Assembly (NCBI GenBank): GCA_040954595.2
Contig: CM082576.2
Location: 10,667,129 to 10,731,128, forward strand
DNA: 64,000 bases
DNA from: Balanoglossus misakiensis
Taxonomy: Eukaryota; Animalia; Hemichordata
Direction of reading: 5' to 3'
Of this stretch, positions 25,601-40,600 are shown piece by piece. The notes beneath the pieces are model-generated. The model made no database searches and was not told the DNA's origin. It was given only the letters and a program-made list of their open reading frames with translations. The first letter of the stretch is position 1. Each line of letters opens with the position of its first letter. The position numbers and the translations under genes were made by a program.

Positions 25601-28600
25601 GGGCTTTGAGTTCATCCTGCATGGTGTCCACCAATGAGTTGGCTTCAGACAACTTGGAGAGACCGACGAAAAGACGATTTCTGAAATTCCAAACAAAAAT
25701 ACACTCAATCCATTTCAGCACGACCCGTGAATTCATCTGGTCAAGCAGCTTTTACTTGTAGTCTCCAACTTTCAAACCCACACCGGCTGATGGATCTAAA
25801 CCATCATCATTTTGAGTGCAACAGAGCAAGACCCAGACAGAATGTAAGACAAAATTACACTCAATTATTTTTCCTCTCACCTGTTATCCAGGAATTCCTG
25901 TCTATTTTTCCTCAACATGTTGGAATACAGCTGAATGAGGTCCAGGTAACTGGAGGGTGTTGTGTAATAGTGACGCCTGAGTTCGTTGTAGAACTTGCCA
26001 GTCATGGTGGTCACATCTTTGTGAATGTCCACACACACTCTAGCAATATTCAATTTCAACTCCTGTCAAGAATTCACAACAACATGTCTCAACGTCTGGC
26101 TTCCATTAGTCGGAACCATCAGTGCTTTGAGCACAGTTACACATTGTGCAGTTTAAAGACTTTCAACCAGAAATATTAACACAATGGCAAGAAATAGTAT
26201 TTGCAATTTAAATTAATCCACTAGTTCTGATGGCGATAGACAATATCTTTGACGTCCACTTTTTTTCATACCTGCAGCTGATACGGGTATGCTGCTACAG
26301 TATCATTGTATCATTGTGACAAAAGTGGTATTTCAAAGCAAAACCTGGATCTGACATAAGAACATATCTGAGCTACACTGCAAGCCCCTCCCTTACCATG
26401 GGATCGCGGCCGTCTTCAATGCCAAAGTCTACATTAGCAAAGTAGACCTGCGCCACACTCAGCATGGCCGTCTCAGTCCACTCATCGTACCAGTCTATGG
26501 TGCAACAGTTGATCAACGAGGGGTGCATTCGACAACGGTGACGGAAGGTGGTCCCGGCGGGACTTGTGGCCAGAACCACATGCAGCTTACTTCTCACTCT
26601 CTGGAGAGAAAAAAAATTAACGCATTACTTTTATACAATTGGCTGCTTCAGATTTGTGAATTTCAATGAACAGGTTTGTTTGGTCTAGGATGGTTTCCCC
26701 CTGGATATTACCAACTATACACTGATCCTACCGGTAACCCTAATCCTAAATGTTGGGTGGGAAATGCCTGGGGTGGTGAATATCCAGGGGGGTATACTGC
26801 CCTGATACTGCTTCATTGGACTTTTAAAATTAAGTACATGTACATAATGAAATGTTTGTGTAGTCACTTGTACTGTACATTTTTTTAAAAAGAGGATGCA
26901 AACAGTGTTTTTTTTTTTTTTGCTTTCATTGAACAGTTTACCTGTATAAAGAATGAGTAGACAGATTCTCTTGTGTCTGGTATCTCAGACTCCATGGCCG
27001 CACTCTTCAGATCCATCGCTATGGCGTCCAGTTCGTCGTTGTCGAACAGATCCGGCACCTCTCCAGAATTCAAAATGCTGTTGATGTCTTCAAGGAATGA
27101 TTCCTTGACAATGTCACTATCTGTCAGCAGGAAGACAGTGTTTACATTCTGCACTCCAGTTTGCCTGAACATTTTCTTCAAGTCGTCTCGGAAGTCGAGT
27201 TGGTTGTATCCCCTGGTCAGAGTCAGTCTGTAGAGCTCACATCCTGCAATGTGGCAAGCCAGCTGCACCGAGCTGCTCTTCCCGGTCCCGTCTAGTCCGA
27301 CCAGCAGCATGTGGCCGCCCGGTTGACGGAAAACTCTGGCGGCTCTTGTGATGTGCTCTACGGCCTCCTTGAAGAAGACAAGCATCTTGCCGGCCTGTAA
27401 TGTGTGTGTGTGAGGGAAGGGGTAGAGAAAATAAGGAGTGGTGTGAAACACAACTGGTTCATGAGGAAAAAAACCTGCGAAATCACCAAACTATGAAAAC
27501 AGCCCAATCAATAAAATGCCATAATGGAACTATGATGATTCTAACTCGCACACGTACCTGTGCATTGCCGTAGTTCAATCGAATTTGATATTCTTCCAAG
27601 GCCGATGCCAGTTTCTTCTTGTCGGTTATCATGGCGTACGACCTCCCCGAGGCCGGCGCGTTCATGTTGATGAAGTCTCCGAACATGATCGGTTCATCTC
27701 TCAGTTTCTCCGCTGACCACTTCACCTGGAGATGCAGAGACAAACATTTTCAACCTGTTGCTATGACAACAGTTCAGTAACCCGTCAGTAATTTTCCATC
27801 TCCAGGTCACAAACAAATATTGAACCTATGAAATCCACTGTCAGATAGAAATATGAAAACTAATACACCCAGGTCTCCGCAAACACTCATCCTTTGTAAA
27901 ACAAATCCCCACGTACCTTGAAATAATTATGCAAATCATCCGATAGAAACTGGAAGAACTGGAATCGGTCATCGTCACAGACCAGTCTGTCGTGTAGGAC
28001 GCGGGTGGCTTCGTGCGCAAACAACTGGGCCGTGTTGTCATTGGTGGAGATCACCTTCTCATCAGCCTGCAGCAAACCTTGGACGATCTGAAATACACAG
28101 ACATCAAAAGCTTATGAAACTTAAATGTTCCAACGAGACACACAATAATGCTGCACACTCGAGTTAAGTAATTGTGTTTTGGCAATAAACATAAACAAAC
28201 TCTCAAAAATGTATCTGGTAACCTTTGAAATATTGAACATTTATTTTGAATCGATGTTCCACTACTCACACTCGAGAGATCTCTGAGATTGAATGTGTAG
28301 TGCGACTTGGCCGGGGTCGGTAGCATGTTGACGCTCATCTTGTAATAGACAGCGATGGACGCAGACACCAGAGGGATCATCAGCTCTTTGATGTCCGGCA
28401 TGAAATCTCGATTCTCAAAGAATCTGCCCAGCTGAACTTGATAGATATGCTGTAAGGACTTCACTGACGGTTGTGGCAGAGCTAAGATGCTGCGACGAAG
28501 AACGTGTAAAATATTAACACAGAGATGCAAATTATAAATGTGATTCTGCCACCACACTTGGTCAGATACTGGATTTTTTATACTGCACACATGTTTATAT

Positions 28601-31600
28601 GGTTATTATGCTAAGTGAGCCAGACAAGTGAGGACTCGATTACCCATGTATAACCAGGTACTTACTTGAAGTGCTTCAGAAGTCTTGGACTCACAACATT
28701 TCTACCTCCACCTGGGGGACCACACGCTGCAGCTAAGTTGACATCCAAAATATCCTGCGAGAGAAAGTTGTTATGGTTGGCAAGTGTTCGAACATTGTTT
28801 GATATGGCTTTCTGTGAACAGGAGGAACTTTTCTTTCACCATACTCATCTCTGTTTTTCTGTTCAATCCTCCTAGAGAAAATAACACAAAGACTGCAATT
28901 GAGATATGGAAATGATAGGCCATATAATAATTACCTTCCAAGCAAGTTTCTTGACATCAAAGAATCCGCCCAGTTCAAAATATTGTCTCAGAAGTTCTAG
29001 TGGAGGCTGGGCGCCATATTCCTCTGGTGCAGGCATATTCAAATCATCTATGAATACTATTACCTAGGAAACAAACAACAATAAACGACATGAGTACAAT
29101 CACCATGGTAATAAAAATGATGATAGAGTCAAATTCACAAGAAGGCTAGGTTGACAGATGACAACCACAAAATAAACCAAACTAATCCAGTACTGCATTT
29201 GACACCAACTATAACCACTGTCTTACCAAGAAAGTACAGCCTACCTTCTTTCCTCTAGGTCCTCCCATGGAATCCTTACTTCTCTTGATCAGTTTATACT
29301 GTATCTGTGCCTGCACTCTGGCAGCCGTGGTCTGGGCGCTGAGCTGTAACGTAGTGTGTGTCACTCCTTCTGTCGGCTTCCTCACTTGTCCCGTCATCAA
29401 GGCCATGTCCACATTGTCCTTCTCCTCCAACATGGCTGGATAAAAGACACGCACATCAACTTGGATTATTCAGTTTCTAGTATTCAAACTACAACTGTTT
29501 TCTTTCATTTTGTTTTTGGTCAATTCAATATCTTGTGGAATTGGAATGAATTCAATAATCTAACTTTATTGTGGTTAGAACAATAAGGAAACTTTCTAAC
29601 GAGAAAGTTTGTCTTGAATATCAATGATGATATTTACTGTCATCGGTGTCTTGGTCACCAAATATTCCTGCAGTCAGGGCGGTGATGTTGGACAGGATAT
29701 TCTGTCCCTTGTCGGAGTAGTTGAAGACATCTCCCAGGATTGTACCATCTTGTATCGTGGTGCCTTTCTCTGCCGTCAGTCTCTTCAACATGTGGTTGAT
29801 GATTGCTGACTTGCCAACACCTGATTCTCCTAGTAATAGAAAACAAAACAAAACAAATTTTATTTTTATTTTTAAAATGTCTATATGATGGAACTCTGGA
29901 CAGAATTTCAGCATGCAGATTTTTTTTTCTGTGGCAGTAATATACTGCTCTGGGAATCTCAGTGTTGAATACTTACAGTTCGTTTGAGAAAACCATGAAA
30001 AGATTGCGGAATTGACACTCTTTAAATTTCCCCAGGGGGCATAAAAATTGATACATAATGTCCTGTTTGAAATCTGTCTTTACCTGTAAGCAGCACCGGG
30101 TGTCGGTTCACCAGCAACATACTGATCAGGAACGCGTATCTGACCACATCCACCGTGGGCACCAACGCCCCTTCCTCCAAATCCACCTTCTTACTCATGT
30201 GGGTGGTCACGCCCATCTGTTCGCCGATGGAGACGTGCGCGACACCCTTGTCAATCAGCGACTTGGTGCTGGGCACCAGGGCGTCCCAGGGGACGAATTT
30301 GCCGTTCTCGAAGTTGATGAAGTAGTGGAAGATGGTTCTGCTGCCGGATGGCAGTCTGACACCTGGAAAAACACGGAATGGGGAAAAAAATGAAGAATAT
30401 GGACGAGACTGTTCAAGTTTGTACGAGGCTATGGGTTCTTGATTTTTATTCTTTACTACCGTACTTATAGTTTCATTTTCAAAGTTTTCTATACTGGTAT
30501 TACCTGCAAAATAACTTCCTAACTTTTCATGCAATTTAATGTAAAGAACAGAGAAAGCATTTGCTACATACTGTGACCTTACCCACCCTGCCTCCGATTT
30601 ATTTTGGTTTAACCCTACTGGTAGAACTGGACTAACCCACAGGGAAACAGGGGTGAAAGCGCAAATATGCAGATGAGACGGGTGAGCAAAGACAATAGCT
30701 TTACCTAGCGGTGGCTCTACGTCAAACGTCTCCCGGGCAAAGTTGTCGAACTCGTAGCTGATGTCGATTTTCGTGTCGTCTTTCTTGGAGATGGGCCTGG
30801 TACTGATGCCGCTGTCGTCGTCGCTATCGTCTTCTCTCTTCATCACGCCGCCGAACGACCAGGTGTAACAGAAGACAAAGATCTTGCCCAGCAGGTTCAG
30901 GAACTGATCAGGGTGCTTCTGCAAGTACCACTCTTTCTCGTTTCTGAATGGGAAAAAAACCAGACGTGTGGAATTGGTAAGCATACCAATTCTGGACTTG
31001 AAAATTTCTACCAATCAATCATAAAGACAAGCAATCAATCAATCATGAAATTTGTTGAAAATTTATGATCATTCAAAGACTTAGACACTCCCTTTTAACC
31101 ATGTTTGTGTATATGTAAATTTTATTAGAAGTGATTGTATATCTTAAACTTAAAGAATTCATACATACTTGCTTTTACTCTTCAACTGTTGTAGTTTCTG
31201 TTGTCGTTCTCTTTCCCTCTCTCTCTCCTTCTCTCTGCGTCTCTCTTCTCGTCTTTGCTTTCTGTTGCTTCTAGAAGATCTGCCGGACATGGCTGAGGTG
31301 GTGCCAGTAGACGGCACACTGTCTCCACTGGATGGCCTCACCTCCTCATCTGGAATCGCAACCAATTATTGAAATTCATTATATTTATTTTTATTATACC
31401 AATCAAAAGAGAAACTTTTTGCTTGCCAGTGACGAACAACTTATTAAAAAGTCATACATTTGTACAAAATGCACAAAAGTGACAAATTGAGTGTTTTGGG
31501 GGGGGGGGAACTGGACTTACCAAGTTGTCCATAACCTCCGTGGTCTGACAGGAACTCCAGGAAAGCCTCTAATAAGTTGCACAGAGTTGACACTATACTC

Positions 31601-34600
31601 ATTTTGGGTGCAGGTAAGTGCTGGTGTTTGTAGTACTTGTGTATGAAGTCAAAGCCTGCGTCAATGCTCCTGTCAAACAGTGCTAGCAGATGAGTCTTGC
31701 CACTGGGAGGGATCTGCAAAACATGTCACTAGAGTTCAATTTTTATGTTTTCTTCATTGTTGTCATGTCAAGTAATCCTGGAATTGATATGGGTATTTCT
31801 AATCATATCAGGTATTAAAAGAACAGTTACTGTTTTGAAACACCCTTTATATGCAGGTGACATCGAAGAATGAAGGCAGCCGAAAACCCCAAAAGAAGTT
31901 AAAATTCTACATACATCTCTTGGTAGTCGAGATATCCATGTCTTGACGAACGGCTTCCAACCAAGGTCAACAGGATCCTGTTCAATAAAAGACAAGACAT
32001 AAAAGGGACAGAGTCACAAACATTGTAAAACCAGGCAGCAAAAAATATTCAAAGTCCTTGCCTTCAATTTCATATTTTATCAAATACACGGCAACCATGT
32101 ATATGGATGGAATTTCAATGTCTTAAAAGCATTCTCTTAATACAGACGATCTATTGGTATATTGGGCCCACTTACCATATAAACCATAGCACATCTGCTG
32201 ATGGTAGCAGGGCTCGCCTGCGACAGGTTGTCCACTTCGAACAACAGCCTCATGCCGGGAGTGAGGCTTATCCTCTCCCCGTTGGCCAGACAGAGCAACT
32301 TGGAGTCGTCCAGCACGGTGTTCAAGTTCTCCACCCACATGGTGTCCACGGGTCCGTCCAGGATGATCCACTTCCAGTCGGTGGGAATGTCGTCGCCGTG
32401 GTCCGTCTCCACGTCTTCCGGTGGCACCAGTCCGTCCATGATGGATTCGCCGGCGTAGCTGGTCGTGGGTGAGTGACGCGATGATGTGTCGGGGGTCTGA
32501 AGAGAAAGATCGTTGCAGAGTTTAGAACCAGAAGATAGCCACTGTTCCTTTAGAATGGTTGTTTTCCTTACCCTCAGAAAATTCTGTTAAGCATTCTCAA
32601 CTTGGGGAGTCCAGCTTATAGATACCATTTTGTGTTTTTTTGTCTCACATTAACGAAGCTGTTATTCTACGTGAACATTTAGCAGGCACACAGGTCAAGA
32701 TGTGGTTGGTCATATTAAATTCTGTAACCCTATTTTTTTGCAAACCAAGCCATGAACCCATCTCATGAACAATCACTATTATGGCTGGGCATTGAATTTA
32801 GTGATGTTCAAAGCCAGCACATAGGTACTGAGTTAACACAACACAAGTAAGTTTGCATCGAATCATATACTTGATTATATATTGTCAAAACTTGTCAATC
32901 ATGAAAACAATATGTTAATCCTGTGTTAAATCATGGTTTCAATTTATCATTCACAAATACATATGGTTGGTAAAGTATCATTCAGAACTCATTCAGATTT
33001 GTTATGTGTGTTGAAATTTAGTCACTGTTTTAGTACAAAATCAAATTAGTTGTGTTACACGTTAATTTCTCAACGTCATTAACACAAACAGGGAATATAT
33101 CACATAAACATTGTGTTTATGTATCAAAAAGCAACTTTCAACTTCTGTTAAGATTACATTTTGGCAAGTGAGTGTATCTGGGGCTGAATTTTGTGAACAA
33201 ACCAAAACAGTTGACATGGGCCAAGCTGTGTGCTGGGCTTTGTGATTGGTCGGTGTCGTGTGAGTTCAAAGTTTTGGTGCCACACACACAGCACGCGATT
33301 CTTACCGCGCGAGTCACACTCGCACTGGAGCGGACTCTGTCGTCGTCCCATCTGGACATCTTTTTGGTGGTGGTGGAATGAGAGCGGAGGTGGTGAAAAT
33401 GGAATGGTGTGAGGAGCATAATGCATAGGCAATGAAATACACATGCACAAACCGTACAGATGTGAACCAAGTCATGTGAAATGGGATCGCTAGTATTAAA
33501 GCAAGAGTCGGTGTGAGAAGTGGGGGAAGGGGTGGTGGTAACGCTGTTGCTATGAAACGACAAATGATGACAACCAAGTGACAGATGGAGAGCATGCAAC
33601 ACCAGTATTGAACATATCGGTATGTACTGTGGATTCTTGCTACATGTATGATGATAAAATATCTGCAGAGATTGTGATCAGCAGCCAGGAGTGTAAGAAA
33701 AAGTGAGGGTTACCCTCTCATAGACAAATCCTAGGTAACAAGTTATCTGCTACTTACACAATGTCTGTATTGCTATGTGTATGCAGACATTAACACTTGT
33801 CATCAAGTGCCCATGTACGCGTGTGATACGATGAAAGTATGAACTATGCATTTTTTATCAAACAGATGAAAAAATTGTAATCATGGGCACAAAAATTCCC
33901 CAAATGATCCAAAGAAGAAAGCATGGTTGCTGATGACGATGACAAGAGATAAGACTTGCGAGAGCCGTGAACCTACCTGTGTGCCTTCCGTGTAATTTGT
34001 AACTGAAGTAGATGGCCTACTGGCATTTGCAGCAGCAAAGTCCGACTCATCTGACGTGATCTGTTGACTCGATGTGTCCTTGGCAAACTTCCTGACCGCT
34101 GACGCAAGCAGCCCGTCGGTCCATTCTAAGGTGTTGGGATCGGTCTGGCCGTACAACTCGCCAAGTTTGACACACTTTGGATTGATAGTGAAGGCCTCAA
34201 CGTGACCCTTCTTTCCATGCTTGTGCTGTGTTGAGGAAAAAAGTGATGTTTTTATGGTTGATGGTAGAATTAATATTGAAGTTGACAAATGCAACCAAAT
34301 TTGGTTCACTACTAATACTCCTTTGAAAAGTGTTAACAGTGGAATAAACTTACGATAAATTGTACACTTGTTCCAGCTTCTTCCTCGTCGTCAAGGCGTA
34401 TGGTTGGCAACACGATCAGCGCCCTCTGGAGGATACTCCGCACCGTACTTTTGCCACCGCCAGTCGGTCCAACCAACATGACGCCATGACGAACCAAAAT
34501 CTGGCTGTGCACCTGTTTGACTTTTTCCACCTGGTTTGGCCAGTGTTGTAAGTTCATGTCGCGGATTGCTGTTGAAATGGCTTTCTGTCAGTGTGGACAA

Positions 34601-37600
34601 TAAAAGGAAAAACATGATTATTGAGGCTGAACTGTACGGTTTTATTGCCGAGCCGTAAATGTGTGTGGGCGAAAACTGAAATAAGTACCGGGCACAATCT
34701 GAATTACAGTGGACTGGTTTACCAGACAGACAGAAAGACAGATGGAAGTAAACTGAATGATCGAATAATAGCAAGCTTTCACCCCCATTTCCATCTGTTG
34801 AAGTCCAACTGTACCATAGAAAACAATAGATGTGGAACATGGTGGAGAAAGGGGTAAGCTTGAACTTTCACAAAGAGCACAAGGTTTAGCGCACACATAC
34901 TTCTAAGACACCACTGTGTTGGGCTGGAGGACTGATACCAGGGAAGAGATCGGCCAGAATGCTTTCAAAGAGAGGAACGTCCTCCGCCAGGAACTTCGGT
35001 AGATTGGCATCTCTCAGTGAGTGAATCAACAGATAGGCTTCTTCCTCCTCGGTCAACTGGTGCTGTGCGACCCTGAAATGGGGGTTAAAGGTGAAAGGTC
35101 AGTGAAAATCTCCGTTCAAATTTGTCTGAGTAAAGTGCGTCTCACTTCAATGAAAGTGACAAGAATGTGTGTTTGGCTGAACGTGACGAATGTTTGTGTC
35201 TTGTTGAACATACAACAGATTTGCTTGAAAGTCAAAATCAAAATCCAACACAAAGTGTGTCCAATTCGGTGATGGGTGCAGACAAACTGGAAATACACAC
35301 TGTCTCACTTTCAAATCTGGTGAGATTGAATCAATGCAAAACAATCCCTTGCTTTCATCTCCAGTGCTGCCAACCAACACAGCATTTTTTTTTTCAATTT
35401 CAGTGGACTTGAATTGAAAGAAACCATTTGGAAACCGCGCAGGCAGTTTAACAAGATCTGACTGCAAATTTGCAACAAAAAAACATCAAACAAGAATGTG
35501 AATGGTGAAATAAGAATTGAATTATAAGATACCCCTTTGTACGCTGTCTGCAAAAAAGAATCAGTAAAAACAAAATGATTGGGTGGTTTTAGATTCTCTA
35601 TGGAATGAGTTTCAATTATTCCACATGAACACTATATTGGAATACCTCCTCTAGTCCCAATTTAATTATATGACTTTTTTTATGGGAACAAAATTCCATT
35701 ATGTCAATTTCACACTTTTTCCGAGTGCATCCATAAAAAAAAGTTTTAAAAAATGAGCATCACTGACAATTTCTAGCTGGTAGTTAATAAAATCAACCAA
35801 ATCTTACAGATGTTGGTCTTGCAGTTGATGAATTCTCTTCCTCTGTCCAGCCATCACCAGGACAGATTTAATGGCTCTCATTCCAAAGTCATAGTGATCC
35901 TAAAATATTGGGAGGCACATAAAAATCAAGCATAACTGAAATATATTCTGCACAAAGCAGAACAAGAATTACATTTATGTAACATATGTAATACAAGTTT
36001 TAAGATTGATTGTAATGAATATATTTGTATACAGTTTCTCTATGAAATATAAGAAAAGGTGAGCCTTTGGAATCGTAATAGCAAGGATAGATCATTTTTC
36101 AACAGAAATAATTTTAAGACCAAGACTGCAGTGGTTCCTCCCAAAAGTGCTGTGTGCAAATGCAAATCTCTTTATCAGATGGCACAATACAACATGAATG
36201 TACACCCAGGGAAGATATGGACATTGAAGACCAACCTGTTGTGACAGTTGTTTACTGGCAAGCTGATAGAGATTGACAATCTTCGTGGAGAGAGACTTGG
36301 CGGAGGTGAACCCCTCAGAGAACAACATGATCTCGGCAATCAGCGCGTAGTCTGGCACCATCATGGCCACTTGTCGGAATAGCGACTTCAAATTGTCGGG
36401 AAGTTCCACGCGGCCAGCATACCTGTGGGACATGAAAACCAGGAACATTTCTAAAAGTCTCGATATTAGGTACATTGTATTTGAAAAGGATGGTTAAAAT
36501 CTCCAGTAAAACAAATGCTAATGTATGGACGGAAATTGATTGGCTTACCCAGGGTTCATAGTGACAAAGACTCCACAGGTTGGGTTCAATCTAATGTCAC
36601 GACCCTCAAAGACAAATCTGAAACAAACCAAAACACAAGATAGCAAATCACAATCATCTTCTGGGATATACATTGTCCCCATCCAACACCACCATTGTCC
36701 CCCATTAACTGTTTGGATGTTAGTACTGAGAAGTCAAATGGTATAAATACTTGGATATTTCTATAATTCAGCTAGGGGCATGTTATTCACAGTCACTGTT
36801 ATACACATATAATTATTATAGTTATGCTTTGGAAACACAATGTAAACCGCTGCTGTAATGGACTATAGTAATCTTCAATACCTGAGTGCACTGGTGTCCT
36901 TGGCTGTCTTTATACTGTGTATCTGTTGGGCAATGACCGACAACACTTCCACATCGATACGGTTGAATTCATCAAAGCAACACCAGCTGCCTGATTGGGC
37001 CAGACCAGAGAAGAACTTGCCCATGGTCTGTTGTCGTAAAGAGAAGCATGGGACAGAACATCAGAAATTCCATGAGAAACATTATTGCATATTACATGTA
37101 TTAAAAAACATCAAAAGTCTTATTTGACAACTGGATATCTGAACTAAAAATAGAGATCTATTTGGTATCGTCTGTTTTTGCAAGAGATGTTTCCTTCATC
37201 TCAGCAAGATCTCAATCATCACATTTCTTGATTTCTATCAACCTTGCAACTCACCTTATAATCAATGCCCTCAGAACAGTTGAACACCAAACACTGCTTC
37301 CCCACAGCTTTGGCCAAATCCTTGACGGTCTCCGTCTTTCCCGTCCCTGCGGGGCCGGCAGGCGACCCGCCCAGATTGAAATGGAGTGCTCCGGTCAGCG
37401 TCAGATAACACCTGTCTGTGAGCGGCGTCATGACGAGCCTGGGGGAACATCCCAGGTATTCATAGCCATACTGGATGACAGAGTCCGACTGTAGCACCAC
37501 GCAAGTGTTGTGATGCTCATCCCATTCGTAACGCAATTGTCTATGAGTACAACAGAGTCACAGAAAAACGTCAGTCACTTACTCCATACAGTATACATTC

Positions 37601-40600
37601 AGAGCTTCAACATTCCATCTCTGTACAAGTATTCAGCTGACAACATTTCAAGATCAATTTTTAAGGTCTGAACGATATTCTCACATCAATTTATCACTTT
37701 GAAAATTAAAAGGGGGTAACAAGTTTTTCCCACTGAAGAAGAGTCTATATTTATTCTGAATGCAATATTTTGTTTATTGTTAGTATAGTGCCATCATCAA
37801 AATTTCTCAATATAAAATATTGTTGTAAGGAATACATACAGTATGCCACACAGTGGGGCTCTTACGCTCATAATGTAATACTTCTTCTGGTACCGTACTT
37901 TACAACAAACTAACAAATTGCAAACCACACCTTTTCCATTCAAAGTCTTCCTTCTTGTACACTTTGAGGTCAATCATGTTGGACAGGATATCCCTGGCGT
38001 GGACGTCGATGGTCATCAGGGCCTCCACACTCATTCTCTGGTACGAGCTCAGCGGTTTGGCCACCATTCTGGCCAGTGTGTTGAGATGACCGACCAGTTT
38101 GTCCCTGGTCAGTGATATGCTCGCACCGGGGCTGGAGTCCTTGAATCCTGACAACACATCTCGATTGAACATTATCTGGACCTGACAGATTGAAAGAATC
38201 ATATTTCAGTTGATTATTACACTGGCTATGGTACATGGTATAGTTGATTGTGTCTAAGCATTCTTTAAAATCTCTGCATATTGTTCTCTTTTTGGAAAGA
38301 TTTTATGGGCTCAAACTATGATAGAAAATCCTCATATGGCATAGTCCATTAAGGTAGAGTAGGAGACAGAGCCATTCTTGACTGCTAAACTTACCACAGT
38401 GAGTACAACTTGTCCTGGGTGACTCAAAACCCAACTCTCAAAGTCATCTCCCCATTTATTCAAACTCTCCTTCAGTTTCCTGTCGGCAGATGAAAATTCA
38501 AAAAAATATTAGCACACATGGAACAATAAACAGTAACCCATTCACTAATAGAAGACTTTGACTCTTTTGTCTGTGGACTACCAGTGAGGTAAAGTTAATA
38601 TCAACTGTTTCATTTTAACTCTTGCTTTGAAAAAATATGGCCAAACGAAAGCATGAAGGAAAAGTCTTCAAGAAATTCAGGACCACCAGGGTTATGGTAC
38701 GTCTTGTAATTAATGTGCTATGTAAACTATCCTAAAAACTTCTAACTCAACAAACATTTCTTACTATAGGGCTGTGCTGCACTTTGTGATTTTGGACAAA
38801 TTTCAGACATATAAAAAATGTGTATTTAAATAATCTACAAGAACATGCTTCTTAAAGTGTGACTTAAAACGTGTGACATTTCCAACCAGAGAATACCGAA
38901 TAACTTTTAACAACAGTATCTACAATACAAGTACGTGTACGGTGTTTCTAAAAACTAAACTCTTTAACTGTGGTTATTGGCTGCAAAGCAAGGGGATGAC
39001 ATTTAACGCTGGGTAAAATAAATTTACAATCAATTGGACTACACATTTAACCACCATGAAGAGTCTACTACATCAGTGGGTGGAATACCAGTGACAATAC
39101 CAACACTAGCCCAACAATCTCAAATTTCCCATCACTGGTATTCACCCTATGATGATCATCATTCACTGTGAAATGGAATAATTAGGATACAACTTGCACA
39201 TCTACAAGCAGCCAAGCAAGCAACGCGGTATTACTATGCATTTATCACCAACATAAGGAACACTATAGGCAAAAGCTATCAGAACTGATGCAAGCCATGC
39301 ATGCTGCTGTACGCAGGGGAACAAAATAACAGGTTAATTCTTGTAAAAACCTGTAAATTACAAAACCAAGCAAGCATTGAACGAACATGCATTTATAGAG
39401 AAAGTATATGGTAAACAATGCTACGTCATGCAATTCTGTGAGTGGTGTAGTGGGGTTGGGGAGAATACTGAGGTTATGTGGTTATGGAATGACTTGGCAT
39501 GCAGGTGTGGGGATATAGACAGAAGTGGAGTTGTACAAAACAGGAAGGCGGTCACCATAAATTTCAAGACCAGAATCATGAATCATCGAGACAACAGCAC
39601 ACTTTGAGTGCTGTGGAGTTTGGAACGTGAGATCTTTTACAGTAAACTTTGCACAACACTTCAATACATATTAAACTTCTGAACACATCTGATTTGAAAT
39701 GAAAGGATTATGGGATGATCCTTTGAGGACCTATTATGGATTTATTTCTCCTACATCACAAATCTTTAAACTGTGGTGCACATCAGAGCAATTTCAGCGG
39801 GCATCTGATCATGTAATATTATGATGACTGCCTTTCTGTTGTACAGACTGCATCGTTGTACAGACAGACAGACTGTCGGTCAGTGAAATGAACAAAGACT
39901 TGAAAGTATAGACACTGAATATCAACAAAAAGAAGGGAATATCAACACACTCGGCTGCCTCAGGTTTCCAGAGGTCAAGAATTCTCTTGTCGTCTCTGGC
40001 GCGCTTCATGCATCTGTGTAAAAAAGGAAAACGGTAAAGAGAAGAGAAACAAACACACACCATGCATTTGGAGAGAGCGAGAGTATCACACAAATCAAAA
40101 GAATGCATTTGAGAGAGTTGGTCACACAAATCAAATGGCTGTTAATTAATCAGAGATGAACACAGGGGAAACAGAGAGCTTGGGCTTGGTAGAAATAAAT
40201 ATTGTGAAAGAAATACAGAATGTTTTAGTTAAACAATTTGGTTGTATGGGTTAAATATGAAAGTATCCAAAATCTGTCAGTTTTATAAAAAATATATTTG
40301 ACAGTTCATTCAGATTTGACAAGGACTAAGAACACAGTTAGGGCTGTATGATAAGTTTTTTTTTATCAGAGTCTTACACTTTCTAGAACATCCAATTTTG
40401 CTGTTAACTAGCATTGGCAGTTAAGTGATATCATCTCCTAATACACGTCAATATTTATAGCCTATCAGCACAGAATCACACAGTTGCACACTACGGTACT
40501 AATTTGCTTTGGCACACAGCTAATAATAGGTGGCTAGCAAATATCACAAAAAAACATGATGATTGACTTAGTAAAGTTTGGAATCTGGAAAAAAAGACAA

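Noticed and set aside
30022-31014. 330-aa ORF as a separate gene
   Set aside because: It is two dynein exons joined through a stop-free 342-nt intron; the intron translation has no recognisable features. Intron retention cannot be excluded but is unsupported.
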